Below the pieces are notes generated by a model. The model was given only the letters and a program-made list of their open reading frames with translations, was not told the DNA's origin and searched no databases. The position numbers were made by a program, and so were the translations under genes. This document shows positions 1 to 8,983 of a DNA stretch of 64,000 nucleotides, one piece after another. The first letter of the stretch is position 1. The number at the start of each line of letters is the position of its first letter. Source of the DNA: a virus (lineage: Duplodnaviria > Caudoviricetes); the IMG/VR virus record IMGVR_UViG_3300032116_000002. One strand, written 5' to 3'.

Positions 1-45
1 AATGGTGAAGTTATGATTCTTAGAAAGATGCATCAACCAAACTAG

Positions 46-74
46 TTGCTTATTTTACACATCTATGTTATACT
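46..74 (+). promoter_or_regulatory. sigma70-type promoter
   Basis: TTGCTT-17 bp-TATACT just upstream of the ORF at 81. Confidence 0.5.
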
Positions 75-80
75 ACATAG

Positions 81-689
81 ATGATCAAATTACTCTTCCC
101 CTTACCAAAAAAACTTGTTATCGCATTCAGCGGTGGTGTGGATAGTGTAGCCATTGCTGATTTTCTACGCCGTAAGCATGATATCACATTAGCATTTTTT
201 CATCATGGTACAAGGACGAGTGATATGGCACACAGTTTTGTTCAAGACTTTGCTGGTGCTAGAGAATTACCATTAGTAGTAGGTCATCTAACTAAACCAT
301 ATCCTGAAGGTGTAAGTAGTCAAGAGTTTTGGCGTGATGAGCGTTATAACTTTTTGGATAAGTTTATTGACCCAGTTGTTACGGCACATCATTTGGATGA
401 TTGTGTTGAAACATATGTTTGGTCATGTATGCATGGCAATCCAAAAGTTATTCCAGCACAACGAAACAATGTAGTACGACCATTTCTTACTACAACTAAG
501 GCAGATTTGATTGATTGGGCAGAACGACATGATTGTGGTTGGATCAATGATGAATCAAACAACGATATCAAATACATGCGTAATTATATCAGACACGAAC
601 TATTACCACACGCATTACATGTTAATCCAGGTTTACCAAAACTAGTAAAGAAATTAGTATTGGATAAACAAAAACTTGCAACACAATAA
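81..689 (+). CDS. tilS: tRNA(Ile)-lysidine synthetase-like PP-loop ATPase, N-terminal catalytic domain only
   Basis: AFSGGVDS PP-loop, TAHHLDDCVET, RPFL, W-x-NDESN-x-D-x-KY-x-RN-x-IRH-x-LLP motifs; 202 aa. Confidence 0.85.
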   Translation: MIKLLFPLPKKLVIAFSGGVDSVAIADFLRRKHDITLAFFHHGTRTSDMAHSFVQDFAGARELPLVVGHLTKPYPEGVSSQEFWRDERYNFLDKFIDPVVTAHHLDDCVETYVWSCMHGNPKVIPAQRNNVVRPFLTTTKADLIDWAERHDCGWINDESNNDIKYMRNYIRHELLPHALHVNPGLPKLVKKLVLDKQKLATQ

Positions 690-730
690 ACAAATAGTAT
701 ATAATACTACTCTTTAACAAAGGAACCGAT

Positions 731-991
731 ATGGACACAAGAACTTTTTCCACAGAACAAAAAATGAAGCTTACCCAACTTATTAACGAGGGTATGCAAG
801 TTATGATGGAAGTTGAAACTCTTAATGGTGGATTAAGTGATACCATCAAAGCAGTAGCAGAAGAACTAGAAGTAAAACCCTCAGTACTAAAAAAAGCCAT
901 ACGTGTAGCACACAAGATGGAATTCAGTAAAACTCAACAAGAACAAGAACTATTAGAAACTATTCTTACAACGGTAGGCAAAACTCTTTGA
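731..991 (+). CDS. small dsDNA-binding protein (T4 DsbA/GapR-like)
   Basis: 86 aa helical; LSDTIKAVAEELEVKPSVLKKAIR pattern; AAGGA RBS. Confidence 0.5.
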   Translation: MDTRTFSTEQKMKLTQLINEGMQVMMEVETLNGGLSDTIKAVAEELEVKPSVLKKAIRVAHKMEFSKTQQEQELLETILTTVGKTL

Positions 992-1272
992 TCAACATAG
1001 TAGCTGATACATTATCATGGATAAGAGATGATTGGTCATCTAACCGTATACGTTTTATTGTTGAGCTTCTTGCTTGGGCAATTTCAATTGGATGCGCCTT
1101 CGCAATGGCGATCACAGTACCCAATCCTCCACTCCTTATCTTATATCCTTTGTGGATCACTGGCTGTGCTATGTATGCTTGGGCTGCTTGGACTCGCAAA
1201 TCCTTTGGCATGTTGGCTAACTACATATTGCTCACAACCATTGATACGATTGGGTTGGTGAGAATACTATGA
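988..1272 (+). CDS. small 3-TM membrane protein
   Basis: three hydrophobic segments; TTG start; overlaps both neighbours by 4 bp. Confidence 0.55.
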   Translation: MINIVADTLSWIRDDWSSNRIRFIVELLAWAISIGCAFAMAITVPNPPLLILYPLWITGCAMYAWAAWTRKSFGMLANYILLTTIDTIGLVRIL

Positions 1273-3971
1273 GTTATGTTGACGCATTACATGACCGAGA
1301 TGGTGATAAAATATTTGTCGTAGAAAGAACGGCAGATGGTAAACGTGCATATCGTGAACATCCTGCTAACTATGTGTTCTACTATAGTGATCCTAAAGGC
1401 AAATATCGCAGTATCTATGGTGATCCTGTAAGCAGATTCAGCACACGCAAGCGTGGTGAATTTGAAAAAGAAAAACGAATTCATTCAGGTAAGAAATTAT
1501 TCGAGAGTGATGTCAATACTGTTTTTCGTTGCCTTAGTGACAATTACTTAGGTGCTGAGCCTCCTAAACTTCACACATGTTTCTTTGATATTGAGGTTGA
1601 CTTTGATCCTGAAAAGGGTTTTAGTCCTACTACTGATCCATTCAATGCAGTTACAGCAATATCAATGTATCTTGATTGGCTAAATCAATTAGTTACATTG
1701 TGTATAGCACCAAAGCATATGAGTGCCGAAACTGCAACAGAAATAACAAATGAGTTTGAAAATTGTTTATTGTTCACATCCGAACTAGAGATGTTTCAAA
1801 CTTTCTTTCAACTCATTGAAGATGCAGATGTACTCAGTGGTTGGAACTCAGAAGGCTATGATATACCCTACATGGTAAATCGTGTTACTAGAGTAATGAG
1901 TAAAGATGATACTCGCAAATTCTGTTTGCTTGGTCAACTTCCTAAAGCACGAACATATGAACGCTATGGTAAAGAAGAACAAACATACGATTTAATTGGT
2001 CGTATACATATGGACTATTTGCAATTGTATAAGAAGTACAATTATGAAAGTCGCCATAGTTACAAACTAGATTTCATTGGCGAGATGGAAGTCGGTGAAA
2101 CGAAAACACAATATGAAGGCACACTTGATCAATTGTACAACAAAGACTTTAAAAAGTTTTTAGAGTATAATCGTCAGGATACAATGCTATTAGTAAAGAT
2201 TCATAACAAATTAAAATTTTTAGATTTGGCTAATGCACTTGCACATGAAAACACAGTACTGTTGCCAACAGTTATGGGTTCAGTTGCAATGATTGAGCAA
2301 GCAATTTTTAATGAAGCGCATGAAAGAGGTGTTGTAGTACCTGATAAATCAAGAAAGGAAAATAGTGATGAACAACAAGCGGCAGGTGCCTATGTTGCTA
2401 CGCCGAAACGTGGAATGCACGAATACGTCGGAGCAGTTGATATCAACTCGCTCTATCCCTCGGTTATTCGGGCCCTTAACATGGCCCCAGAAACAATCGT
2501 TGGACAAGTTAGACAAACACTTACCAACCAATACATGCGAGACAAAGGATTAAAACTCGCAAGTGAAAAGAAAAGACGCAAAGACGATGATGAAGCAGTA
2601 ACAGGTGCAATTCTATGGGAGAATTTATTTGGCTCATTAGAATATACTGCCATTATGAATCAAGAGCGTGGCACTATGTTAACCATTGATTATGAAGATG
2701 GTCGTAGTGCTGAAATGAGTGCAGCAGAAATATGGAAATTTATTTTTGATAGTCACAAACCGTATATGCTTAGTGCTAATGGCACTATATTCACATACGA
2801 GCAAGAAGGCGTGATCCCAGGTCTACTCTCACGCTGGTATAGTGATCGTAAAGAAATGCAGAAGAAACTAAAAGAATCAACAACCGATTATGACAAAGAG
2901 TATTGGGATAAGCGTCAGTTAGTCCGAAAGATTCTACTCAACTCTGCATATGGCGCACTACTTAATGAACACTGTCGTTTCTATGACAAACGAATAGGTC
3001 AAAGTGTTACACTAAGTGGTCGCCAGATCACTAAACATATGATGAGTAAATTAAATGAATTAATCGCAGGAGAATACAATCACGAAGGTCAAGCGATTGT
3101 ATATGGTGATACTGACTCATGTTATTTTAGTGCTTATCCTATATTGAAAAATGAAATTGATAATGGTGAAATCAATTGGGATAAAGATATGTGCATCACT
3201 CTGTATGACAATTTAGCTGAACAGGTTAACGATAGCTTCCCGTCATTTATGGAAAGTGCATTTCACTCGCCAAGAAAGAATGGTAGTGTAATTAAAGCTG
3301 GTCGTGAATTGATTGGTGAGCGTAGTATCTTTATTACTAAAAAGCGTTATGCTATTAACATCTATGACAAAGAAGGTAAGCGAAAAGATGTTAATGGTAA
3401 ATCAGGACAAATTAAGGCTATGGGTCTTGATTTAAAACGAGCAGATACACCTAAATACGTACAAGACTTTTTGATGGAAGTATTAGAAAGAGTTCTTGAT
3501 GGTGCTGGTCGTGAAGAAGTTGTTGAGATGGTTAAAAAATTCAAGAATCAACTACGTGAACAACCTAGTTGGACTAAAGGAAGTCCTAAGGGCGTTAATA
3601 ATTTAACCACATATGGTGACAAAGAAAAAGCACAGGGCAAAACAAATATGCCAGGACATGTCCGTGCAGCATTAAACTGGAATAGACTAAGACAAGCAAA
3701 TGGTGATAACTATAGCCAAAAAATTGTAGATGGCATGAAGATTGTAGTATGTAAACTACGAGCTAATCCATTAGGCTACACAAGTATTGCTTATCCTACA
3801 GATGAATTGCGTTTACCAAAATGGTTCTGTGAGTTACCATTTGATGATTCAGCAATGGAACAAACATTAGTAGACGAAAAGATAGACAACTTATTAGATG
3901 TACTAGGTTGGGATATTCGTAGCAGCACAGACGTTAAATCAACATTTGAATCATTGTTCACATTCGGTTAA
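1269..3971 (+). CDS. family B DNA polymerase with 3'-5' exonuclease
   Basis: ExoI FFDIEVD, ExoII SGWNSEGYDIPY, ExoIII YNRQD, DINSLYPS, KILLNSAYG, YGDTDS. Confidence 0.98.
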   Translation: MSYVDALHDRDGDKIFVVERTADGKRAYREHPANYVFYYSDPKGKYRSIYGDPVSRFSTRKRGEFEKEKRIHSGKKLFESDVNTVFRCLSDNYLGAEPPKLHTCFFDIEVDFDPEKGFSPTTDPFNAVTAISMYLDWLNQLVTLCIAPKHMSAETATEITNEFENCLLFTSELEMFQTFFQLIEDADVLSGWNSEGYDIPYMVNRVTRVMSKDDTRKFCLLGQLPKARTYERYGKEEQTYDLIGRIHMDYLQLYKKYNYESRHSYKLDFIGEMEVGETKTQYEGTLDQLYNKDFKKFLEYNRQDTMLLVKIHNKLKFLDLANALAHENTVLLPTVMGSVAMIEQAIFNEAHERGVVVPDKSRKENSDEQQAAGAYVATPKRGMHEYVGAVDINSLYPSVIRALNMAPETIVGQVRQTLTNQYMRDKGLKLASEKKRRKDDDEAVTGAILWENLFGSLEYTAIMNQERGTMLTIDYEDGRSAEMSAAEIWKFIFDSHKPYMLSANGTIFTYEQEGVIPGLLSRWYSDRKEMQKKLKESTTDYDKEYWDKRQLVRKILLNSAYGALLNEHCRFYDKRIGQSVTLSGRQITKHMMSKLNELIAGEYNHEGQAIVYGDTDSCYFSAYPILKNEIDNGEINWDKDMCITLYDNLAEQVNDSFPSFMESAFHSPRKNGSVIKAGRELIGERSIFITKKRYAINIYDKEGKRKDVNGKSGQIKAMGLDLKRADTPKYVQDFLMEVLERVLDGAGREEVVEMVKKFKNQLREQPSWTKGSPKGVNNLTTYGDKEKAQGKTNMPGHVRAALNWNRLRQANGDNYSQKIVDGMKIVVCKLRANPLGYTSIAYPTDELRLPKWFCELPFDDSAMEQTLVDEKIDNLLDVLGWDIRSSTDVKSTFESLFTFG

Positions 3972-3978
3972 ATTGGTT

Positions 3979-4007
3979 TTGCTTTTTGCAATAACTTCCA
4001 CTATAAT
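3979..4007 (+). promoter_or_regulatory. sigma70-type promoter
   Basis: TTGCTT-17 bp-TATAAT in the gap between polymerase and clamp. Confidence 0.6.
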
Positions 4008-4046
4008 ACACGTTGTACATACCTAAATATATTAAAGGAGAAAATT

Positions 4047-4778
4047 TTGAAAGACTATTTACTTGACTTAATCGACCATACCCTAACAGTGGGTAATATG
4101 GACGTAATTAAAATTACAGGATCACAAACTGAAACAAAAATTAACGCAGTTATTGAAAACAATACTGTTGTATTAGAAGGCACATTCAATCAACCTATAA
4201 CAGAGTTTGAAGGTGTGTTTGGTATGCCTAATCTAGGTAAACTTAAGACTATTCTAGGATTTGATGATTATGATGAAAAGGCTAGAATTTTCGTTAATCG
4301 TCAAAACAGAAATGGTGCATCTGTTCCCGAGAGCATTCAATTTGAAACTAATAATAGTGACTTTATTAATGTATATCGTTTAATGAGCGAAAGCATTGTC
4401 ACAGATAAAGTTAGACCATTGAACTTTAAGGGCGCAACTTGGCATATCACATTTCAACCTAGTGTAGCTAATATTCTAAGACTAAAAAAGCAAGCACAGG
4501 CTAATAGTGAGCAAGAACATTTCACTACAAAAGTTGACAGCGGTAATCTTAAAATTCACTTCGGTGATGTAGCTACTCATAGCGGCAATTTTATCTTTGA
4601 AAATAATGTCACTGGTAATCTAACACATGCATGGCAATGGCCAGTACAACAAATGGTAAGCATTTTATCATTGTCTGGTGACAAAACTATGAAGTTCAGT
4701 GATCAAGGTGTTGCTGAAATCACAGTAGATAGTGGTTTAGGAACTTATCGTTATCTTATTCCTGCATCTTCAAAATGA
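4047..4778 (+). CDS. DNA polymerase sliding clamp (T4 gp45-like)
   Basis: 243 aa beta-rich protein directly after the polymerase; FGMPNLGKLKTIL and C-terminal YRYLIPA patterns; AAAGGAG RBS, TTG start. Confidence 0.7.
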   Translation: MKDYLLDLIDHTLTVGNMDVIKITGSQTETKINAVIENNTVVLEGTFNQPITEFEGVFGMPNLGKLKTILGFDDYDEKARIFVNRQNRNGASVPESIQFETNNSDFINVYRLMSESIVTDKVRPLNFKGATWHITFQPSVANILRLKKQAQANSEQEHFTTKVDSGNLKIHFGDVATHSGNFIFENNVTGNLTHAWQWPVQQMVSILSLSGDKTMKFSDQGVAEITVDSGLGTYRYLIPASSK

Positions 4779-5158
4779 TAAAATCAATCTATCCAGGCAG
4801 TGTTGATATAACCGTTAGCGGCGGTTCGTCTGTAACGCCTTATATCAACCCAACTTATTCTGGTTCAGGCATGATAAAATATGATCCAGCATCACATAGC
4901 TTTCAAGTTAATGATGGTCATAGTTGGGTTACTATACCTAATAATGATGTAACTATTGACTTAAGTTATGAATCTAAAAAAGCACTAGATTGGGCTAGAA
5001 GAAAATACCGTGAGGAACAAGAGTTAGAAGAACTTGCTAAAACTAATCCAGCTATCAATGATTTAGTAAATCAAATTAAAGAAAAGCAAGATCAACTTAA
5101 AATGGTTAAAGCACTAATAAAAAAGAATGATGAATCAGTAGAAATGCAAGCACCCTAA
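4775..5158 (+). CDS. hypothetical protein with C-terminal coiled coil
   Basis: ORF coupled to both neighbours. Confidence 0.6.
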   Translation: MIKSIYPGSVDITVSGGSSVTPYINPTYSGSGMIKYDPASHSFQVNDGHSWVTIPNNDVTIDLSYESKKALDWARRKYREEQELEELAKTNPAINDLVNQIKEKQDQLKMVKALIKKNDESVEMQAP

Positions 5159-6708
5159 TGGAAAAAGATAATCTAACACAAAAGCATAATAGTGACTGGG
5201 CATTGTTCTTACCCGCACTCAGTACATTTTATATTACTGGGTTAGGTAAACAACGCAAAGGTGAAAATTATTTTCCAAGTGAGCGTATACCACAAGGCAT
5301 TCCCGATCTTGAAGCATTAAATTTCCTCAACAGTCAACAAGCACTATTCCCATACAAGTGGGCATTATACAGTGCAGGTCACGCTGAACTAGATCCTAAT
5401 AAGCAAGGCAATAGTGAAAGCATTGTATACGAACGTGAGCAAGGTACTTTTTTATTAGGTGATAGTGGTGGATTTCAAATTCTAAAAGGTCAATGGCCTG
5501 CCGATTGGAAAGATCCTAATTGTCCAAAAGCAATGAAAAAGCGTCAACAAGTATTGCAATGGATGGATACATACATGGACTATGGTATGGTTCTTGATAT
5601 CCCATCACAGTCATTGACAACTTATCATTTAAAAGATAAGAACGGTAATAGTGTTCATGGTATCAAAACAATTGAAGATGCAGTTAAAGCCACACACATC
5701 AATAACAAATATTTTATTGAAAATAGAACGGGTAAATGCAAATTCTTAAACGTGTTGCAAGGTCGTAATCATACACAAAGCGATGAATGGTATCAAGAGA
5801 TGAAGGATTACTGTGATCCTAAAAAATATCCTGATACACATTTCAATGGTTGGGCATTTGGAGGTCAGACAAAAATTGATATCAGTCTTTTTCTTAAGCG
5901 TTTGGTACATATTATCCATGATGATTTACTCCAGCCTGGAGTTCACGATTGGATTCATTGCCTTGGCACATCTATACTAGAATGGTCGTTGTTGTTCAGC
6001 GACACACAAAGGGCATTGCGTAAATATGTAAACCCAAATGTTACTATCAGTTTTGATTGTGCTAGCCCATTCTTTAGTGCAGCAAAAGGCTTGGCTTACT
6101 TCAATAATACATTTGAACACAACAGTAAATGGTCATATCAAATGGAAAAAACTGCTGAAGCCAAAAAATACGCAACAGACACAAGACCGTTTATGGATGC
6201 CGTGCTTAACGATGGTATCCATAAAGTATTTACTAACAGTCCGATAACTGCTAGAATGACAATTAATGATTTGTGTTATAGAGGTGTAGGATTTATTGGA
6301 CAACATGGTAAAGAAACAAAAACTAGTTGGGACACATTAAGTTACACACTAATACAGGGTCATAATGTATATCAGCATATGGTAGCAGTACAAGAAGCAA
6401 ATAGAAAATATGACAATAACATTATACCTAGTATGTTAATGCACGAACAGTTTGATAGGGTATTATTCAAAGACGTAGTTGATGAAATTATTTCTCAACC
6501 AACAAGAGAAAGTGCATTGAATAAGATTGAACAATACAATTGGTTCTGGAATCAATTTAAAAGCGGCAGTCAAGGTTTTAGTGGTAAAAAGGCAATTAAT
6601 TCATTGACTAATTTTAATAAATTTTTTCAAGAGGCATCAAGTAGTGATGAAGTTACGGATGAAGAAAATTACGAAGATGATCTTGAAATCCTAAATATAG
6701 AGGAGTAA
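5158..6708 (+). CDS. dpdA: TGT-family guanine transglycosylase (DpdA-like)
   Basis: TGT barrel motifs in order: LGDSGGFQ, MVLDIP, VLQG, GWAFGG, HCLG, SFDCAS; lies in a cluster with folE/queD/queE. DNA versus tRNA substrate is inferred. Confidence 0.75.
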   Translation: MEKDNLTQKHNSDWALFLPALSTFYITGLGKQRKGENYFPSERIPQGIPDLEALNFLNSQQALFPYKWALYSAGHAELDPNKQGNSESIVYEREQGTFLLGDSGGFQILKGQWPADWKDPNCPKAMKKRQQVLQWMDTYMDYGMVLDIPSQSLTTYHLKDKNGNSVHGIKTIEDAVKATHINNKYFIENRTGKCKFLNVLQGRNHTQSDEWYQEMKDYCDPKKYPDTHFNGWAFGGQTKIDISLFLKRLVHIIHDDLLQPGVHDWIHCLGTSILEWSLLFSDTQRALRKYVNPNVTISFDCASPFFSAAKGLAYFNNTFEHNSKWSYQMEKTAEAKKYATDTRPFMDAVLNDGIHKVFTNSPITARMTINDLCYRGVGFIGQHGKETKTSWDTLSYTLIQGHNVYQHMVAVQEANRKYDNNIIPSMLMHEQFDRVLFKDVVDEIISQPTRESALNKIEQYNWFWNQFKSGSQGFSGKKAINSLTNFNKFFQEASSSDEVTDEENYEDDLEILNIEE

Positions 6709-6709
6709 T

Positions 6710-6916
6710 ATGTATAAAGCCAAGATTCAGCATTTGGAAGAAATGCATAGAGTTCTAAACAAACAAATTGACGATATGGAGAGAAATCATCCTCACGTCG
6801 AAGTAGATAAGCTTACTGAAATGAAAAAACAAAAGCTTAAAATTAAAGATGAAATTAGTAGATTAAATCGTTTACAATGGGAACATGATCATGAGCGAGT
6901 TGACCTTGGAGAATAA
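6710..6916 (+). CDS. DUF465/YdcH-like coiled-coil protein
   Basis: LEEMHRVLNKQI...LTEMKKQKLKIKDEI pattern. Confidence 0.7.
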   Translation: MYKAKIQHLEEMHRVLNKQIDDMERNHPHVEVDKLTEMKKQKLKIKDEISRLNRLQWEHDHERVDLGE

Positions 6917-6917
6917 T

Positions 6918-7370
6918 TTGGATGAGCAAAGAATGCAGGCAATGGCAGATACAAGATTTAGAATAACACAGGCTGCAAAAAGAATGATACATGTAACCTT
7001 TCAGAAAGAAGGTGTGCATAAGTTTCCAGGAGCAGTTAATCCAGAATTCGCAACAGGTGACGAATATGACGTAAGTTTTTTAGCACACCCGCATCGTCAT
7101 ATCTTTCATTTTAGAGTTGGCATTGAAGTATTTCACAATGACCGCGAAATAGAATTTATTCAGTTCAAGCGTTGGATAGAAAACCTTTATGGTAATGGAA
7201 CACTAGAACTGGATAATAAAAGCTGTGAAATGATTAGCGATAGTTTGTACGAAGCTATAGCTAGTCGTTATCCAGAGCGTGACATTCATATCAGTGTAAG
7301 CGAGGACAATGAGAATGGATCCACAATTTTTTATAACACAAGTAGACCAATTCAACTACTAAAAATCTAA
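6918..7370 (+). CDS. QueD-like T-fold protein (second, divergent paralog)
   Basis: HPHRHIFH metal motif, EIEFIQFKR, SCEMIS, C-terminal VSEDNENG; probable TTG start at 6918 after GGAG. Confidence 0.7.
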   Translation: MDEQRMQAMADTRFRITQAAKRMIHVTFQKEGVHKFPGAVNPEFATGDEYDVSFLAHPHRHIFHFRVGIEVFHNDREIEFIQFKRWIENLYGNGTLELDNKSCEMISDSLYEAIASRYPERDIHISVSEDNENGSTIFYNTSRPIQLLKI

Positions 7371-7379
7371 GGGAAAGAA

Positions 7380-7586
7380 ATGAAAAAATACGATATTAAA
7401 CCTAACCATAAAGTTCGTCAAATTTTTGAGGACTTGGAAAAGTACAAAGAATTTTGTGTGGACTATGGATATAAGTTTGATGAATCGCATTTATATGATA
7501 TGAAGCAATTTTCATATAGGCAACACTCAAAGCAGTTAGCAGGTAAGCAGCCTAAAGATCAATGGGCAGAGGACAGTCGTCCGTAA
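7380..7586 (+). CDS. hypothetical protein
   Basis: ORF with purine-rich RBS, abuts the next gene. Confidence 0.6.
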   Translation: MKKYDIKPNHKVRQIFEDLEKYKEFCVDYGYKFDESHLYDMKQFSYRQHSKQLAGKQPKDQWAEDSRP

Positions 7587-8336
7587 ATGTTGATTGTTCT
7601 TGCCACCGGCGGATTTGACCCGATTCATTCGGGTCATATTTCCTATTTAAAAGCAGCTAAAACATTAGGCGATATGCTTATTGTTGGGCTCAATAGCGAT
7701 GAATGGCTTGAAAGAAAAAAAGGTCGTGCGTTCATGCCATGGAATGAAAGATTGTGTGTACTAAACAATCTACAAATGGTTGATGAAGTGTATACATTTG
7801 ATGATTCAGATGGTACTGCAAATCATTTTATACAACAAGTTAGGGCACACTATCCAACTAACAGAATAATATTCACTAATGGTGGTGATAGAACAATAGA
7901 AAATACTCCAGAAGTAAACAATGATGTTGAGTTTGTTTTTGGTATAGGTGGCACTAACAAAAAGAATAGTTCTTCAGTAATTTTATCTAACTGGAAGAAT
8001 TCTTTCACAGAAAGACCTTGGGGAGATTATAATGTTCTCTATGAAAATCAAGGCACAAAAGTAAAAGAAATTACACTACTACCAAAACAATCACTAAGTT
8101 TACAAAGACACAAGAATCGTAATGAATTTTGGTTAGTTGCTGAAGGACAGTGTGATGTTAAAGGTATGTTACCAAACGGATATCCTTTCCCAACTAAAAT
8201 ATTAAAGAAGCATGATAAACATGACATTCTTACTAACGAGTGGCACCAGTTAAGTAACCCATATGATGAACCTTGCAAACTAATTGAAATTCAATACGGC
8301 AAAGAATGTGTTGAATCTGATATTGAAAGGATGTAG
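7587..8336 (+). CDS. cytidylyltransferase-family domain fused to mannose-6-phosphate isomerase type II-like cupin
   Basis: N-terminal ATGGFDPIHSGH (HxGH), VGLNSD, NGGDR; C-terminal ERPWG...LSLQRHKNRNEFW cupin. Confidence 0.85.
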   Translation: MLIVLATGGFDPIHSGHISYLKAAKTLGDMLIVGLNSDEWLERKKGRAFMPWNERLCVLNNLQMVDEVYTFDDSDGTANHFIQQVRAHYPTNRIIFTNGGDRTIENTPEVNNDVEFVFGIGGTNKKNSSSVILSNWKNSFTERPWGDYNVLYENQGTKVKEITLLPKQSLSLQRHKNRNEFWLVAEGQCDVKGMLPNGYPFPTKILKKHDKHDILTNEWHQLSNPYDEPCKLIEIQYGKECVESDIERM

Positions 8337-8337
8337 A

Positions 8338-8484
8338 ATGATTAAAGGAACAATTTTTTTTGTATTTTGGATATTGCTAACTATAGCGATCCGTATGGGA
8401 GATATAGTTGCGATGGGACTTGCAATAATTGGTTTCCTAGTATTATTCACACTAGCAGAAGAACTTGAAGAAAGAGAGAAATAG
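8338..8484 (+). CDS. small 2-TM membrane protein
   Basis: 48 aa, two hydrophobic stretches; ATG 1 bp after the upstream stop. Confidence 0.5.
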   Translation: MIKGTIFFVFWILLTIAIRMGDIVAMGLAIIGFLVLFTLAEELEEREK

Positions 8485-8485
8485 T

Positions 8486-8983
8486 ATGGCTAACTGGAAA
8501 GTATCAAATTATTATAAAAAGACTGTAGAAGAACATGAGCATTATGTTAAAGATGGTATGACTATTATCCGCAAAACTGGTTTTCGCGGTGGCAGTTTTT
8601 TTGTAGAAACAAATGATGATAATCCACCAGAATTTGTGTTTGATTATGTGCCAAGTGGTGATGGTAAAAAAGATAGTATCAACATGTACGACTGTACGGA
8701 TAAAAATATAGAAAATGTTGAACTTGATAGTCTATGGGACGGCTGTTGGGAAGATATTGTTTTTCCTGATGACATGGATGAAGAAGAACAAGAACGTCTT
8801 ATGGAGTTGATTGATGAAGATGGTATTTACGAAGTCTTAGAAGAACAAGAAGGTTGGACTCTCACAGATAGTGAAGCGTGGATGTGGGGACCTATACTTA
8901 TTGAAGATGAAAATGACAATCAAGTAAGAATAATTATTGCTGATGAGAACGGCAATGTGATTGACTTTAAGGAAGATGAATGA
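8486..8983 (+). CDS. highly acidic hypothetical protein
   Basis: about 46 D/E in 165 aa by hand count; resembles 47044..47610. Confidence 0.65.
   Translation: MANWKVSNYYKKTVEEHEHYVKDGMTIIRKTGFRGGSFFVETNDDNPPEFVFDYVPSGDGKKDSINMYDCTDKNIENVELDSLWDGCWEDIVFPDDMDEEEQERLMELIDEDGIYEVLEEQEGWTLTDSEAWMWGPILIEDENDNQVRIIIADENGNVIDFKEDE

Noticed and set aside
81-689. PP-loop ATPase as the missing QueC
   Set aside because: It shares SGGxDS but has the TilS-type HHLDD..ET and RPFL motifs and lacks the QueC C-terminal Cys4 zinc motif.
1269-3971. Intein or intron in the DNA polymerase
   Set aside because: The insertion after DINSLYPS has no C/S...HN splice ends or LAGLIDADG motifs, and the ORF is continuous.
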